From NCBI GenBank assembly GCA_047967505.1, contig CM106538.1: a stretch of 64,000 nucleotides of DNA. One strand, given 5' to 3'. Made by a program: the position numbers and the translations under genes. The stretch comes from Dipteris shenzhenensis. Its lineage: Eukaryota. Below the pieces are notes generated by a model. It saw only the letters and a list, made by a program, of their open reading frames with translations, did not search any database and was not told the origin of the DNA. Below are positions 23,241 through 35,711 of this stretch, one piece after another (positions within the stretch are counted from its first letter, which is position 1; every line of letters starts with the position of its first letter).

Positions 23241-26200
23241 CTTTAGATAGAAGCAGAGGCAGAGGCAAAGGCAGAGGTAGATCATACCAGAAAAGTGGTC
23301 ATCATTAGCAACAAATTCAAAGTCAACATCAGCATCAACATCAGCATCATCCTCATCAATATCAGAATCAGCAAAGAGGAAATCATTCCAACCAAGGAAG
23401 GACGAGGGAATGCATCCACCAATGTGTGAAACATTCAGTGCAACTACTGTCGCAAGTTTGGACACTATGAAAGAGATTGCCGCAAGAAGCAGTACGACCA
23501 AGGCAGTCAATCCAGCAATAATCGAGGAAATTTTCGAGATAGAGGAAATTATCGTGGTGGACATTCTAGTCATAGTCATTTTGCAAATGAACATGGGAAT
23601 ATGTTTCTTGCAAGTGAGGAAATGCATCAGATTGATACAGTGTACCCAAACACTGATTACAATCCCAAAGAGAATTTTAGCTATTGAGTCGACCAAGTGG
23701 AACAGGATCCTTGGTACATCGACAGTGGTGCATCATCTCACATGACAAATCATCAAGAATGGTTCACAGAAATGAAGCCATTAGAAGGACAAAAGAATGT
23801 CATCTACACAGCAGACAATATACTGAATCCAATTCAAGGGATAGGTGTTATCCCTATGAACAATTTCACTAGTACAAAAGGACTGGTGAAAGATGTGCTC
23901 TATGTTCCGAAGCTTAACAAGAACCTTTTGTCAGTAGGTCAAATGACGGAACACAATTATCGAGTCATCTTCGATGGTGATGAATGCACTATCTGAGATA
24001 AATTCAAAAGATGTCAGCTAGTAGCAAAAGGTGTCAAGGAAGGACGCTTATACAGAATGCTAGCTACAGTACCAGATAAGCATGCCATGACAGCTCAACC
24101 GCAACAGATGCCACTATATGCAAAATAGCACAAGAGATATGGTCATGTCAACTTCAAGTACTTGTTAGATCTCAGGAATCATAACATGCCAATTGGGATT
24201 TCGAAGCTACAGTTTCTTGGAAAAGTTTGCGAAGCATGCTGCTTCGACAAACAAAAGCGAACCAACTTTGGCATAAGTACCTCTCGTGCACAAGGTATTC
24301 TTGATTTGATACATACAGATGTATGGGGTTATGCCCAGACCCACAGCATCAATGGTTCACTTTACTGTTTGACTTTCATCGACGACTACAGTAGATATTG
24401 TTGGGTCTACTTTCTGAAAGAGAAATCTAAAGTGTTTTCCAGATTTCAAGAATTCAAAGCCATGGTAGAAAACTAGACAAGCAAAAAGATCAAGGTCATG
24501 AGATCAGATACAGGAGGTGAATACATGTCTTCAGCATTCATGAACTTTTGCAGAAATCACAGCATTTAAAGACTATTCACATGTGCATATACTCCTCAGC
24601 AGAATGTAAGAGCTGAAAGGAAGAATGGAACTTTAGCAGATAGTGCTAGAGCAATGCTTAGTGAAAAGCATCTTCCGAATCAGTATTGGGTAGAAGCAAT
24701 AGCCACTACAAACTATTTGCTTAATTGGCTTCCTACTGAACCAATACAAGGTATGACTCCTTATGAAACATTCACTGGACACAAGCCACACATTGGGCAT
24801 CTCCGCATATTTGGTTGCATAGCATATGCCCACATACATGATGATCATCGTAGGAAATTGGATGCGAAGTCACACAAATGCATCATGGTTGGCTACAATG
24901 AAGAAAGCAAAGCATACTAATTGTATGATCCCATCAACCGCAAGGTCATTATCTCCAGAGATGTAATCTTTGATGAGGAATCAGAATGGAAAACCTCACC
25001 TACACAGGAGATAGAAGCATTGACTTCACAGCAGTCATCTACAGAACAGGTTGATGAAGAAGAGCAAGAATTGCTAGTAGCACCCCAAGCAGAGCCACAG
25101 CAACTCAGACGGTCTACTAGGGAAAGTAGACCTCCAGCCAGATTGACATCATATGCTCAGAAAGGCAAAGCAATTTAGGTTGAAACCACCAATTATGCTC
25201 TTATGACTACCATCATGGCTATAGAAAGAAGAGCCAGTGTACTTCAAAGACGCAATAGACAAGCCAAAATGGCAAACTACTATGAATGAAGAAATGGATG
25301 CATTGTATAAGAATAATACTTGGGAATTATGCGACCTTCCACCAAGAAAGAAGGCCATAGCAAACAAATGGGTATACAAAGTGAAGTACAATCTAGATGG
25401 AAGTATTCAAAGATACAAAGCCAAACTAGTTGCAAAAGGATTTGCACAACAATATGGTCAAGATTATGAAGAGACTTATGCTCCAATAGCAAAGATGGAT
25501 TCCATACGGTTCTTGATATTACTAGTGACACTCAGCAGATGGAATGTGTATCAGCTTGATGTCAAGAATGCATTTCTCAATGGTTATCTAGATAAGGAAG
25601 TCTACATGCAACAACCAGCAGGTTATGTTGAACTAGGAAAGGAGAATAAGGTTTGCCATCTCAAGAAAAGTCTCTATGGCTTAAAGCAAGCACCCAAAAG
25701 TTGGTACAACAAAATTGACAAGTATTTTGCTAATCTGGGATACATGAAATCCAATGTAGATCATACTCTCTACTACAAAGTTCAAGGGGAAGGCATTACT
25801 ATTGCCCTTTTGTACGTACATGATCTGATTGTGACAGAAAGCAAGGATAGCTTCATCAGAAAACTAAAACAAGACTTATCTGTAGAGTTCGACATGAAAG
25901 ATCTTGGACTCATGCACTATTGTCTTGGAATTGAGTTCTAGAGAGATTCAGATAGCACATTCATGAGTCAACTCAAGTATGTTGACAATCTCCTAAAGAA
26001 GTTTCATATGGCAAATTGCAAGATTGCAGCCACTCCCATGGAACAGAGTTTGAAACTTACTAAAGATTTAGAAAAGCCTACATTCAATGACAAGTACTAT
26101 AGGCAGCTCATCGGATCTCTTATATATCTGACAATCACACGGCTAGATATTTGTTATGTAGTAAGCTCACTAGCATAGTTTATGGCAAATCCAAAATAGT

Positions 26201-26813
26201 CTCACTGGAATGCATCCAAAAGAGTCTTGAGATACATCAGAGGTACAAGATAGTTTGGGATAGAATACAGAGGAAGTCATCCACGGTTGCATGGATACTA
26301 TGACAGTGACTATGCCGGAGATCATGACCAGGAGATCGACATAGGGATATGCATTTTTCCTTGGTCAAGATGCTATATCATGGTTATCAAACAAACAGCC
26401 AACCGTTTCTTTGTCTTTGATTGAACCAAAATATAGGGCACTCACTATAGGTGCATGTGAGGCTATATGGCTCAGAAGACTATTGTCAGAAACAGATTAC
26501 TTTGATGAGTCAAAGCCAACAACAATATACTGTGATAATCAATCGGCTCAAGCATTGGCCAAGAATCCAGTATATCACTCCAGGACAAAGCACATTGATG
26601 TTAGAGAGCACTTCATCAGAGAAAGAGTGTTACTTGGTGACATCACACTGTAGCATTGTGATAGCAAAGAGAATGTTGCAGACATCTTTACCAAACCACT
26701 CAATAAATAGCTATTCGAGAAACACCGACACCCAAAGGAAGGACATTCCCATTAAAGGGGTGTGATGGAATGTAATGCTCAGTCCTTTGATTCCTAAGAA
26801 TCATCATCTTGAG
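23241..26813 (+). mobile_element. Ty1/copia copy B (same family as copy A): partial gag to 3' UTR, no LTRs, many stops and frameshifts
   Basis: Colinear, high-identity match to ~6553-10138. It begins exactly at the CACTA terminus and stops at CATCTTGAG before the PPT/LTR. Confidence 0.93.
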
Positions 26814-28960
26814 TTTTCTTGATCTATGATTGTGTAGACCTCATCTTTTCTTAGGTGCCAGTACTTGGTCCATAGAGGAAAACATTTTTTTCTAGAAAAC
26901 ACGATTTGAGGCTCTTTTCCATAAAAACACCCTATATCACGTTTATTAGTAGCAAAACATGATAAGCTGTGCACAAGCTTATAGGGAGGACAAAATGAAT
27001 GATACTCTAAAAACTCTGGTCTAAAAATAGGTGCATGCAATCACTAGATACTCTAAATATAGTACCTTGAAGACTAGTTTGGCATGTGTTTTCTCCCATC
27101 ATTATCCCCACCTACCTATACTTGTGTAAAAGCCATAGTCTTGATCTATCTAATTCTACTTCATCAGCCAGCTATTAGGCATTTACCTGAACTTGTTGCA
27201 TCAAGAGGAAGGACTTTTTGCTAGAAGACACAATATGGAGGAGAAAAATAGAAAAGGAGCTCAAATCATATTTTTGAGCAAATTTTGCTTAAGCCCAATC
27301 TAATCAATCAGTTGTACTCCACCATCCTCCTAAACCCTAGATCACAGATGAGATAAACCATTGATAAGAGACAGATTGCTTACCTAGGCTTGTGTGTAGA
27401 GCTGGAGCTAGAGCTGGAGAGGTGTGAGATGGAGATGGGGTGGTTGTGGTTGGAGCTACAGTGGGTGGTGGAGCTGGTGAGTTGGAGCTGCAATGGGACT
27501 CTTTGATGGAGGTGGTAAGGTAGTGAGGTTGGAGCTGTGAAGCTGGTGAGGTAGTGAGGTTGGAGCTAAAGGTGGTGAGGTTGGAGCTGGAGGTGGTGAG
27601 GTAGTGAGGTTGGAGGCAGTGAGATTGGTGAGGTGGTGAGGTAGTGAGGTTGGAGCTGGAGTTGGTGAGGTAGTGAGATTGGAGGCAACTAAAGCTAGAG
27701 ATAGGGATGAAATAAAGGGTAACTCTACTTAGAGGCGGTTTTGTCTCAAGCAATCATGAGAAAATAAATGTACAGGAACTAGAAGACTGTTTTCCACACA
27801 TGTGGCTGACAAGACAGATGTGTCATGCGTTGAAAACTGTGCCCTTTCCCTTATCTACACTTTTCTCCATCCCTTATCTACACTTTCCTCCATCCCTACA
27901 CCACATCCTTACCTTGCATCACAGCCATCATCCCCCCCCCCTACTCCCATCATCCCTTCAACAACTCCCCTTACACCCATCATCCCCCCCCCCTTACTGC
28001 ACCTGTGCAAGAGCCACAGAAAGTACCAAGGCCAGCAAATCCAAGTACTCATATATACCACTTAGGAATCTGCTATATTTGTGGACAGTAGTGTTTTCTT
28101 GCTCTGTGATTGTGTAAACCTCACCTTTCCTTAGGTGCCAGTGACACAGCACATAGAGAACAACTTCTTTTGTCAGAAAATGCGATTTGAGGCTCTTTTC
28201 AATTGAAACACACTATATCACATTTATTAGTAAAATATGCTAGGTGTGCAAGAATTAGATAAAAAATGCAATTTGGAGCAGTTTTCCTGTAGAAACATGA
28301 ATATCGTCTTTTCTAGCAAAACATACTAACCTTATTAGTATGTATCAGCTTGAGAAGAGCTTGATGGGTGTCAGCTTAATGGTTGTCAGCTTGATGTATC
28401 TTAAGCTGTAGTGGGTCAGTGTGGATAACAGTTTGATGGGTGTCAGCTTGATGGGTTGAGATAGAGCTATAGTGGGTGTGGGGAAAGGTCCTAGAGCTGT
28501 ATTGGGTCTAGCTATAGTGGGTCTGGGGGAAGGACCTGGAGCCTGTAGGGAGAAAGATGAAACTAGAGATGGAGATGACAATGGGAATGATTAAGTCTGG
28601 CAGCTAGGTCTAAAAATAGGTGCATGCAATCACTAGATACTCTAAATATAGTACCTTGAAGACCAGTTTTGGCATGTGTGGCTGATAAGTATGACTTGAA
28701 TAGATATCTCTGCCATCTCCTCTTATCTTCACTTTTCTCCATCCATTCAACAGTTTTGAATCTTTATCTTCTTCCTCATTTTCATCTGGACAATACATTA
28801 GACCTTGCTTTTTTCCCATCATCATCCCCACCTACCTATACTTGTGTAAAGAGCCATGGAGAGAAAGCCTACAGGTACTTAAATAGACCACAATCTTGAT
28901 CTACCTTTCTAATTGTCTTCTTCATCTATCTAATTGTACTGCATCAGGTAGTAGTCATCT
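26814..28960. repeat. Patchwork of diverged direct repeats plus GGTGAGGTAGTGAGGTTGGAGCT simple repeats
   Basis: 26814-26960 resembles 28095-28240; 27017-27090 resembles 28607-28680; 27090-27170 resembles 28810-28950; simple repeats at 27395-27700. Confidence 0.75.
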
Positions 28961-29119
28961 ACTTCATCTTTTGAATGATCAAGACAACTATCTTGCAGAT
29001 TCACCTGAATTTTCTTTGGACATGATGTTTTTGCATCAGTAGGAATTTTTGCTAGAAAACACGATTTCAGTCTATTTAATTATAAAGATAGTCATATTGC
29101 ATTTTTCTGCAAACTTTCA

Positions 29120-30977
29120 AAGACGAGGAGCTAACCATCTAGGTGATGCAGGTGATGCACCAAGACCTGTCAAGAAGACCATTGACCTCTCAGCTTATGC
29201 TGTAAAGGAGGAGGAATCTTCTCGTAAGAATTTTTGTATGAGTGCTTCTGTTTCTTTTTAGCTATATGTGCAAGACTCATTTTTTTATTTTGTATGATGT
29301 AGTGAAGAGAAGAAAGCCCAATGACAAGGGTTCAGACAAAGGTGGACAATCAATTGGTAAGGGAAAGGAGAAGGAGGAAAGAAGTCACCCCAACTGCAAC
29401 TCTTTGAATTCCTGCAGAAGTCAGAATGCCAAATGCAGTATCACAAATACCATGATATGTTCAATAAGGAGCTGGATGTGCAGTCTCTTTTGACACAGCA
29501 CAAGGATTTTCTTGGAGAGATGTATGAATCCTTCCACAAGCTTACAATTGAAGGATCAGACGTTGTCAATAGCACAACTTTTGTACATGTCAAAGACATT
29601 GCCGCAAACAATAGGATGAGGTATCAAATGCACAAGGTGTTTGACAATTTTGAAGACTCCCACAAGGGAATCTACACTGTGCACAAGGGCAATTGCAGGA
29701 TACTTGAAGAGGCACTTGCATTTGCCATGTATGTACACTATGTTGATGGATCAGTTGAGGACCCAAAGGATAGCGATGAGGAAGGCAAAACAAAGGAAAA
29801 GTCAGATCTACCAGAAGTGGAAGAGAAGATCAACCTGACAGAGGAAGAGCTTGCAGTTGCAGCATTCGATCTAGTGGCCTTAAAAGATGAGACCCTAAGA
29901 GATGTTGTCATAGTGGATGATGTGGAGGCTGAGAGCTCTGACCTCACTATGCTTATTCTTCCCTCATTCAATATTGAGGGAAGAGAGTATGTCTTGTTGT
30001 ATGACGTATAGTGCCTATTTAATTTGAGAGAAGATTATGCAATTGCCCTTATTGCACAATCTTGTAGGGTTGACAAGGAAGTAAGGATTGAGGACGATCC
30101 TTTGTTAGAGCTGGGAGGACAAATTCAATGCTTCAAAAGCATTGTCCATCTGTTTTGAGCAAGCCAAAATGTATGAAGAGGTGGATGAGACAATCTTCCA
30201 AGAAACCTAAGCACGAATGAACCTCACAACAAGATTGGATATCAGTGACAGCTCCGAGGGGAAGGAGGAGATGGGTATCTCCTTGTTTAACGATGATATA
30301 CTAGAGAAAGATGAGAATATTGAGGTAAGGAAACTACCTTTCTTGCATTTGGAGTTTAGATATGCAATTTGATGGTTTGTTTTAAATCAAAGTGTGTTTT
30401 GCGTATGGCAGTTGTTCGTTGAAGATGACACTTTCCTCTTGAGGGTGGCTAGAAGTAGAATTCCTAGGCTTGGTAAACTATCAAGCCTTTGTCATTATAT
30501 TAAAGACCTATCTATTGCAAAGGCACTGATTTTTAGCAAATTGCTTAGCAACAATGGGGTTGCTCTTACTTTTTTTTCAAGTGTTTCTCAAAAGTTTTCG
30601 ATGGTCATCCTATATCGTGGCAAATAGATAAGATCATACTGATAGAGAAGCGGTCTGCTTTACTTAGTTTTGGGTACTATGCTAGAAAGCAAGGCTCATG
30701 AGCTGGCTACTTTTTGACATATACTGCTTGGGCACTAGCTTGTGGTGTAAAGGATCCCCTCTCCTTGGAAGCTTATGGAAAGCATAAGCTCATTAGGAAT
30801 CGAGAGCCTTCTTTGGTGGCCCTTCTCGACAAATCAGCTGAAGAGCAAACTACGAGCACAACAACTCTTGCACAAGATGAGAAGAGTTCAGTTGCTCCTC
30901 AAGTCAAGAAAAAAAGGTCTCCATTCAAAGTCAAAGGAAAGATTCCAAGCAAAGTTGGCAAACCATTGGAAGGATAG
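29120..30977 (+). pseudogene. Decayed multi-exon gene of unknown function (acidic and basic segments), convergent with the Transib-like transposase
   Basis: 192-aa ORF at 29433-30011 plus flanking ORF fragments and GT-AG sites (e.g. donors near 29224 and 30325); no family recognised. Confidence 0.4.
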
Positions 30978-31289
30978 CCTGTATGGCATTGTATATTTTA
31001 CAAAATAGAAGTAAGGTTGAATTGTGAGAACACTGTCATTTTAGAATGCCTTAGTTATGTTTATGTGTATTTGTGACAAAAACAATGTACATTTTGAAAT
31101 ATAAATATATGTAGTACATTTCGAATATTTCAATGGTTGCATACAATGACTTCTTATGAATGAAAGATCCAAGTCTTGGTCATTGCAAAAAAGAAATTGT
31201 TCCATTTGATGACACCAATTGATGATCAAGGTTTAGCACTTAGCTTCTATCTACCCATTTGTGGTTTACAAATATCTTTGAGTGTCTCC

Positions 31290-32934
31290 ATTGAACATGT
31301 CTTTGTGCTGCATTTGAGTTCTCCAAAATCTGCCTCCTTCTTTCCTTTTGAGCAACCTGAAAGCTAGCTTAACCTATGGTGTGTTAACTTTCTTCTTGGC
31401 TTGAAGTCTCTGTAATATTCCTCGATAGAACCATTGGAACACTTCTTGTAAACTGTTGGCTTTCTGTTTTCCTCCAAAATGTTGTGTATGTCTAAAGAAT
31501 GCATTTCGTGCCATGTAGTGTGAAAACTCCATTCCCTGTGTGAACCAAATTGCAGGGCATCTATATTTTTTTACAAAGAAAGGAAGGTGATTGTAGATTA
31601 TATGTTGTTTTCATACATAGGCAAGTGGGCATTAGAATATATAAAACTAAGATTGTTTGCTTTTAAAAAAACATGCACAAAAATAGGATATTTTTCTTAC
31701 CATGTAATGAGTGATGTTGCATGTTGTCCAAGCCTCTTTCATTGCCTTTCCAAAACTCTTTACCACTTTTTCAAATGCTTGTTGATCATTTTTGCTAAAG
31801 GTGGCTTGGTCACAAAAAACAAAAAGTTTATTGAAGCATTTCCACACTTCTTCCTTGACATCTCTTGCCAATCCATCTGCCTGATGATCTTTGACAGCAT
31901 TGTGGACTTTTCTCCACAAGTTATACTTTGTCCTTGATATGTATGTTGTTTTACTGCCTTTTTTTTTTCTTTGGATGAGACAAAAATCTTCTAGACTTTA
32001 CTCCACCACAATAGATGGCTTGATAGGACCATCTTTTCCATTTGTAGATTTTTTAAAATCCTTTGTAATATGTACATCTCCTCCATGGAGATGAATTTCT
32101 GATAGCACTACTTCTAATGATTGTAATGCCTCTTTTCTTCTGCTCTTAAAGTGAAGTTTCCATGCAAATCCAATATATAGGAAAACAAGTTTCATAATGC
32201 ATGCAATGTACAAATGTGAGCATTGCATAATGGGATCTCAAGAACTGCTTTGAAATTTGTATCTACTTTATCTCTATTGGGTGCTCTTTTCCACCATTTA
32301 GAATCTAGGACATGCATTGGTTCGTTGTAGTACAAGCAAGGAGATTTTGAGTTACCCCCTTTACTTATATTGAACTTACACTTCAGTGTCTTCATATGCC
32401 ATTCAATTTGAAAATCACCCTTCCTTGGAACATGAAGATGGCATCCTTGGACTTGACTCTTGATAATTGATGGTATATCTATTTGATGAAATACCCAATA
32501 AAGTACTGCATGGTCCTCAGTCTTCACCTGTAATTTAAAACCATAGGTTTGCAAGATATATGATATAAATTTATTATATTAGCAAAGACTAATTTAGCAG
32601 ATGATAGTTTACATGCCTCAAATGCGCCCAACCACCATACGTGCTTTTCCGATTGGACACTAAAGTACTTTGAGCTAGACTTTGTGATCAATTGATCAAG
32701 TGCTCGATTCATCAAAGTGATAGAAACTCTCTCTATATTTTTTTCCTTGATGATTTCACACTCATCGAGCTTCACAACAAACTTTAAAACTTCTTTACAT
32801 TCTTCAAATGTGATACTATAGAACTCAACCATAAGTCTCTGCAATTGTTCAAGATCTACAAAAATATTATTCCAAGCATTATATGTAATGCTTCCCTTTT
32901 CACTTTCATATACACTTTCGATATATTCAATCAT
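31290..32934 (-). pseudogene. Transib/Chapaev-related (RAG1-like core) DDE transposase relic
   Basis: In order: FVVKLDECE, QIEWHM-KTLKC..NSKSPCLY, HICTLHA, ITHYM|HIIYNHLP (intron ~31700-31614) and IWFTQGMEFSHYMARNAFFRHTQHFGG; stops and frameshifts. The superfamily call is inferred from motif order. Confidence 0.6.
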
Positions 32935-33370
32935 ATGGCATAATAAATTGAATTCAACTTAGCATTGGAATATTCATATAAGGTATAGTTATGTGGCTAA
33001 ATGAAATAGAATTAAACTTAGCATTATATTTAATCATATAGTATAGCTACATATGGATTGATTAATATCACCACAAGTTATAAGAAGGATATCCAAATTT
33101 CAAATTAGCATTCAATTCCATCATATATGAATTGATTTAAAGCATCTAAAATTTAAGGGAACCACTCAATTCAATAAAATAAAAGAATTCTAAGACATTA
33201 GAAGAACCACTCATTTTAGGCAACAAATCCACTCCAATCTAATCAAATTTGGGGGAGGATTGTTTGAGCTTCATATAAGAGGCCACATTGTTTATGGTCA
33301 TTTCATCCATTCTCAAAGCCTTGCCCTCATTGCCTCCCCATCACCTTAAGACCTTCTAGCTTCATTGAGA

Positions 33371-35711
33371 ATGGGTTCTCAAAGCCATAAAGCCAATAGA
33401 GGCGAGACAAATAGGAGATCCCCTACCCATGTTGTTGTCGAGGAGGAGTGGAAGAGGAAGGCTCGTGAGCAGCATAGAGCGTACAAGGCTAGGACCTGTG
33501 TTGCCAATCTTCTTGCAAATGACCCATCCCCCCCCCCCCCACCTCCACATCTACCTACCCCCTCCCACCACCTCCACATCCACCTCTCCTTGCTGCAGAT
33601 GGCCCGACCCCCCTCCCCCACATCTTCCTCTATCTCCCTCTCCCTCTTCCCCAACACCTCCCCCCCCCCTCCTTCCATACCTCTTCCACATGTGTCATCT
33701 TTAGATGTTCCCCTTTCTCCTTTCTATAGTGGTGATAGATCGTGATGTGACTTGGAAAAATCATCTATATGTCATCATGCCAATATGATCGTAGAGCCAT
33801 TCTTTTGTGACCTTACATCTACTTTGCAATCGACTCTTCTCACCATGTTGATAGATCATCCTGAGTTGGTAGAGTGTAGTAGGGTTACTAGTCTTGGTGC
33901 ACTTAGAGATAGAGCAGCATGTCCTTAGCATTGTTCATCGCTCTTATGCATTGATCAAGCATAGGAACATTGTAGGTGCCTTGGCAGCACGTTGTTGTAT
34001 TGTAGGTAGCCATTAGTAGAGCCCACATGGTAGGTCATGTGTGTGCCACATCTCGTATTCTTCACATTTCGCCATGCACATTCCGAGTGGGCATGATCAA
34101 GAGGGAGAGTTTGGCTGCTAATGATGTTGATCCTCTTTGGGCTTGTAGTGGTCATGCACCTCAGAGTGATCATTTCATTGATGATCATAGTAGGTCTTTT
34201 ATTGAGCAATTTTTGGAGGAGCATTGTAGGCCATCCCCGAGTGTTCAAGAAGGTTTTTAGGAAGAGGGTCTCATGTGGTGTTTACATTGAGCATGGGGCA
34301 TTCTTTCTAGAGGTTAGCCAAACTAAGTTGTACACTCAATTTGTACAGGCACATCTAGGCTTTAGGATTGGTCAGAGATCCTTTGAGAGATGTAGCCACG
34401 GTTTGTGCAATGCTCTCAAGGGCGTGATACATGATGTTGTCAATACCATGTCGACTTCAAATTGTTCTATGATGTATTTCATTCCCTTGATGGTCACAAG
34501 GGAGTGGTTGCTACTAGCTCTAATGACTTCATTCACTTTGTATTGTGTCCGTGAGAGGAGAATGCATTTTACCACTCCCTTGATTGCATGAAAGGGAGAT
34601 GTGGTGCATGTGGTGGGCTGGCAACACTACCCAAAGCTGACCAGGATGGTAGTAGCGAGCTAGGGATAGTGCATTGGCTGCATTATGAGAGTATGCCACA
34701 CACATGTTAGATGGTGGTGGATTGTCTCAGAGGTTACAAATTGTGGAGAAGGAGACTCCTAGTGTCATCTTCATCGATGGTTTCAGACAGAAGATCTACC
34801 CTTACATATATCACACCCACACTACTACGAAGTCAAAGGATTGAAAATTTTGTACTTACTTGAGCACATTTTTTGTAGGGGTGGTTGTTTGCATGGTGTA
34901 CTTTGCAGAGAACTACACTTTCATGCCACATACGAGATCCCCAATCAGAGTGCTTCTTTTTAAAGCAGGTTACACATGCAATGTTTGTTGTGTGCTCATG
35001 AGCATCATATTCCTTTCCATCACCCTCATTCTTTATTTGGTATATTTTCGTAGGTGGCTACATTCGTGCACATTAGCTATCATCATGTGCATGCACACCT
35101 AATGGGATTGATAGCACCCCTGACTCTAGAGTTATTGTTAGAGAGTATCACTTCTACATTGACAATCATTCACATGATGCCCATCTTGTGCAGCATTTCT
35201 TTACTCTTCATGAAACTTACTTGAGAGATCAGGGGTCACATGGTAGTGGTGTTGGATTTGGTCTGATGGATTCGGTGGACACTTCAAATGTGCTAGACAA
35301 TATTTTTGATTATGCAGATGGCACCATGAGACTAGCATCTCTGTGATCTAGAGCTACTTTGAGACAGGGCATGGAAAGGGAGAGCACAATGCTGCAAGTG
35401 CTTGTGTGAAGCATTCTTTGAGGTGACACAAGTTGCAGCATGATATTGGAAGGATTAGGGATGTATGTGATGTGGTACAGTGGTGCACACAGCACTTGAG
35501 TATTAGTCTCTTCTTATCAATCACATGGAGATAAGGTGGTGAGGAGATGTTCGGAGCATCGATCGATCTAGAGCTTATGATTGTCAAGTTGTGTATGGTA
35601 CTTTGGATTCTTATTCTATTAGGAGTACATGCGTCTTGAACCCCACAATATTCTCGTGATGATTTGCATGTTTTGCTCTATGTGCATTGATGGTGGTGAC
35701 TGGGGAGGATG
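33371..35711 (+). pseudogene. Sola-like DDD transposase, element B, 5' part (split by the MULE)
   Basis: ATSRILHISP, FFLEVSQTKLYTQF..IGQRSFERC, CCQYHVDF, MVYFAENYTF, WSDGFGGHFK, YFETGHGKGEHNAASACVK, and CFCS-like ..MCIDGGDWG at the insertion site. Confidence 0.75.
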
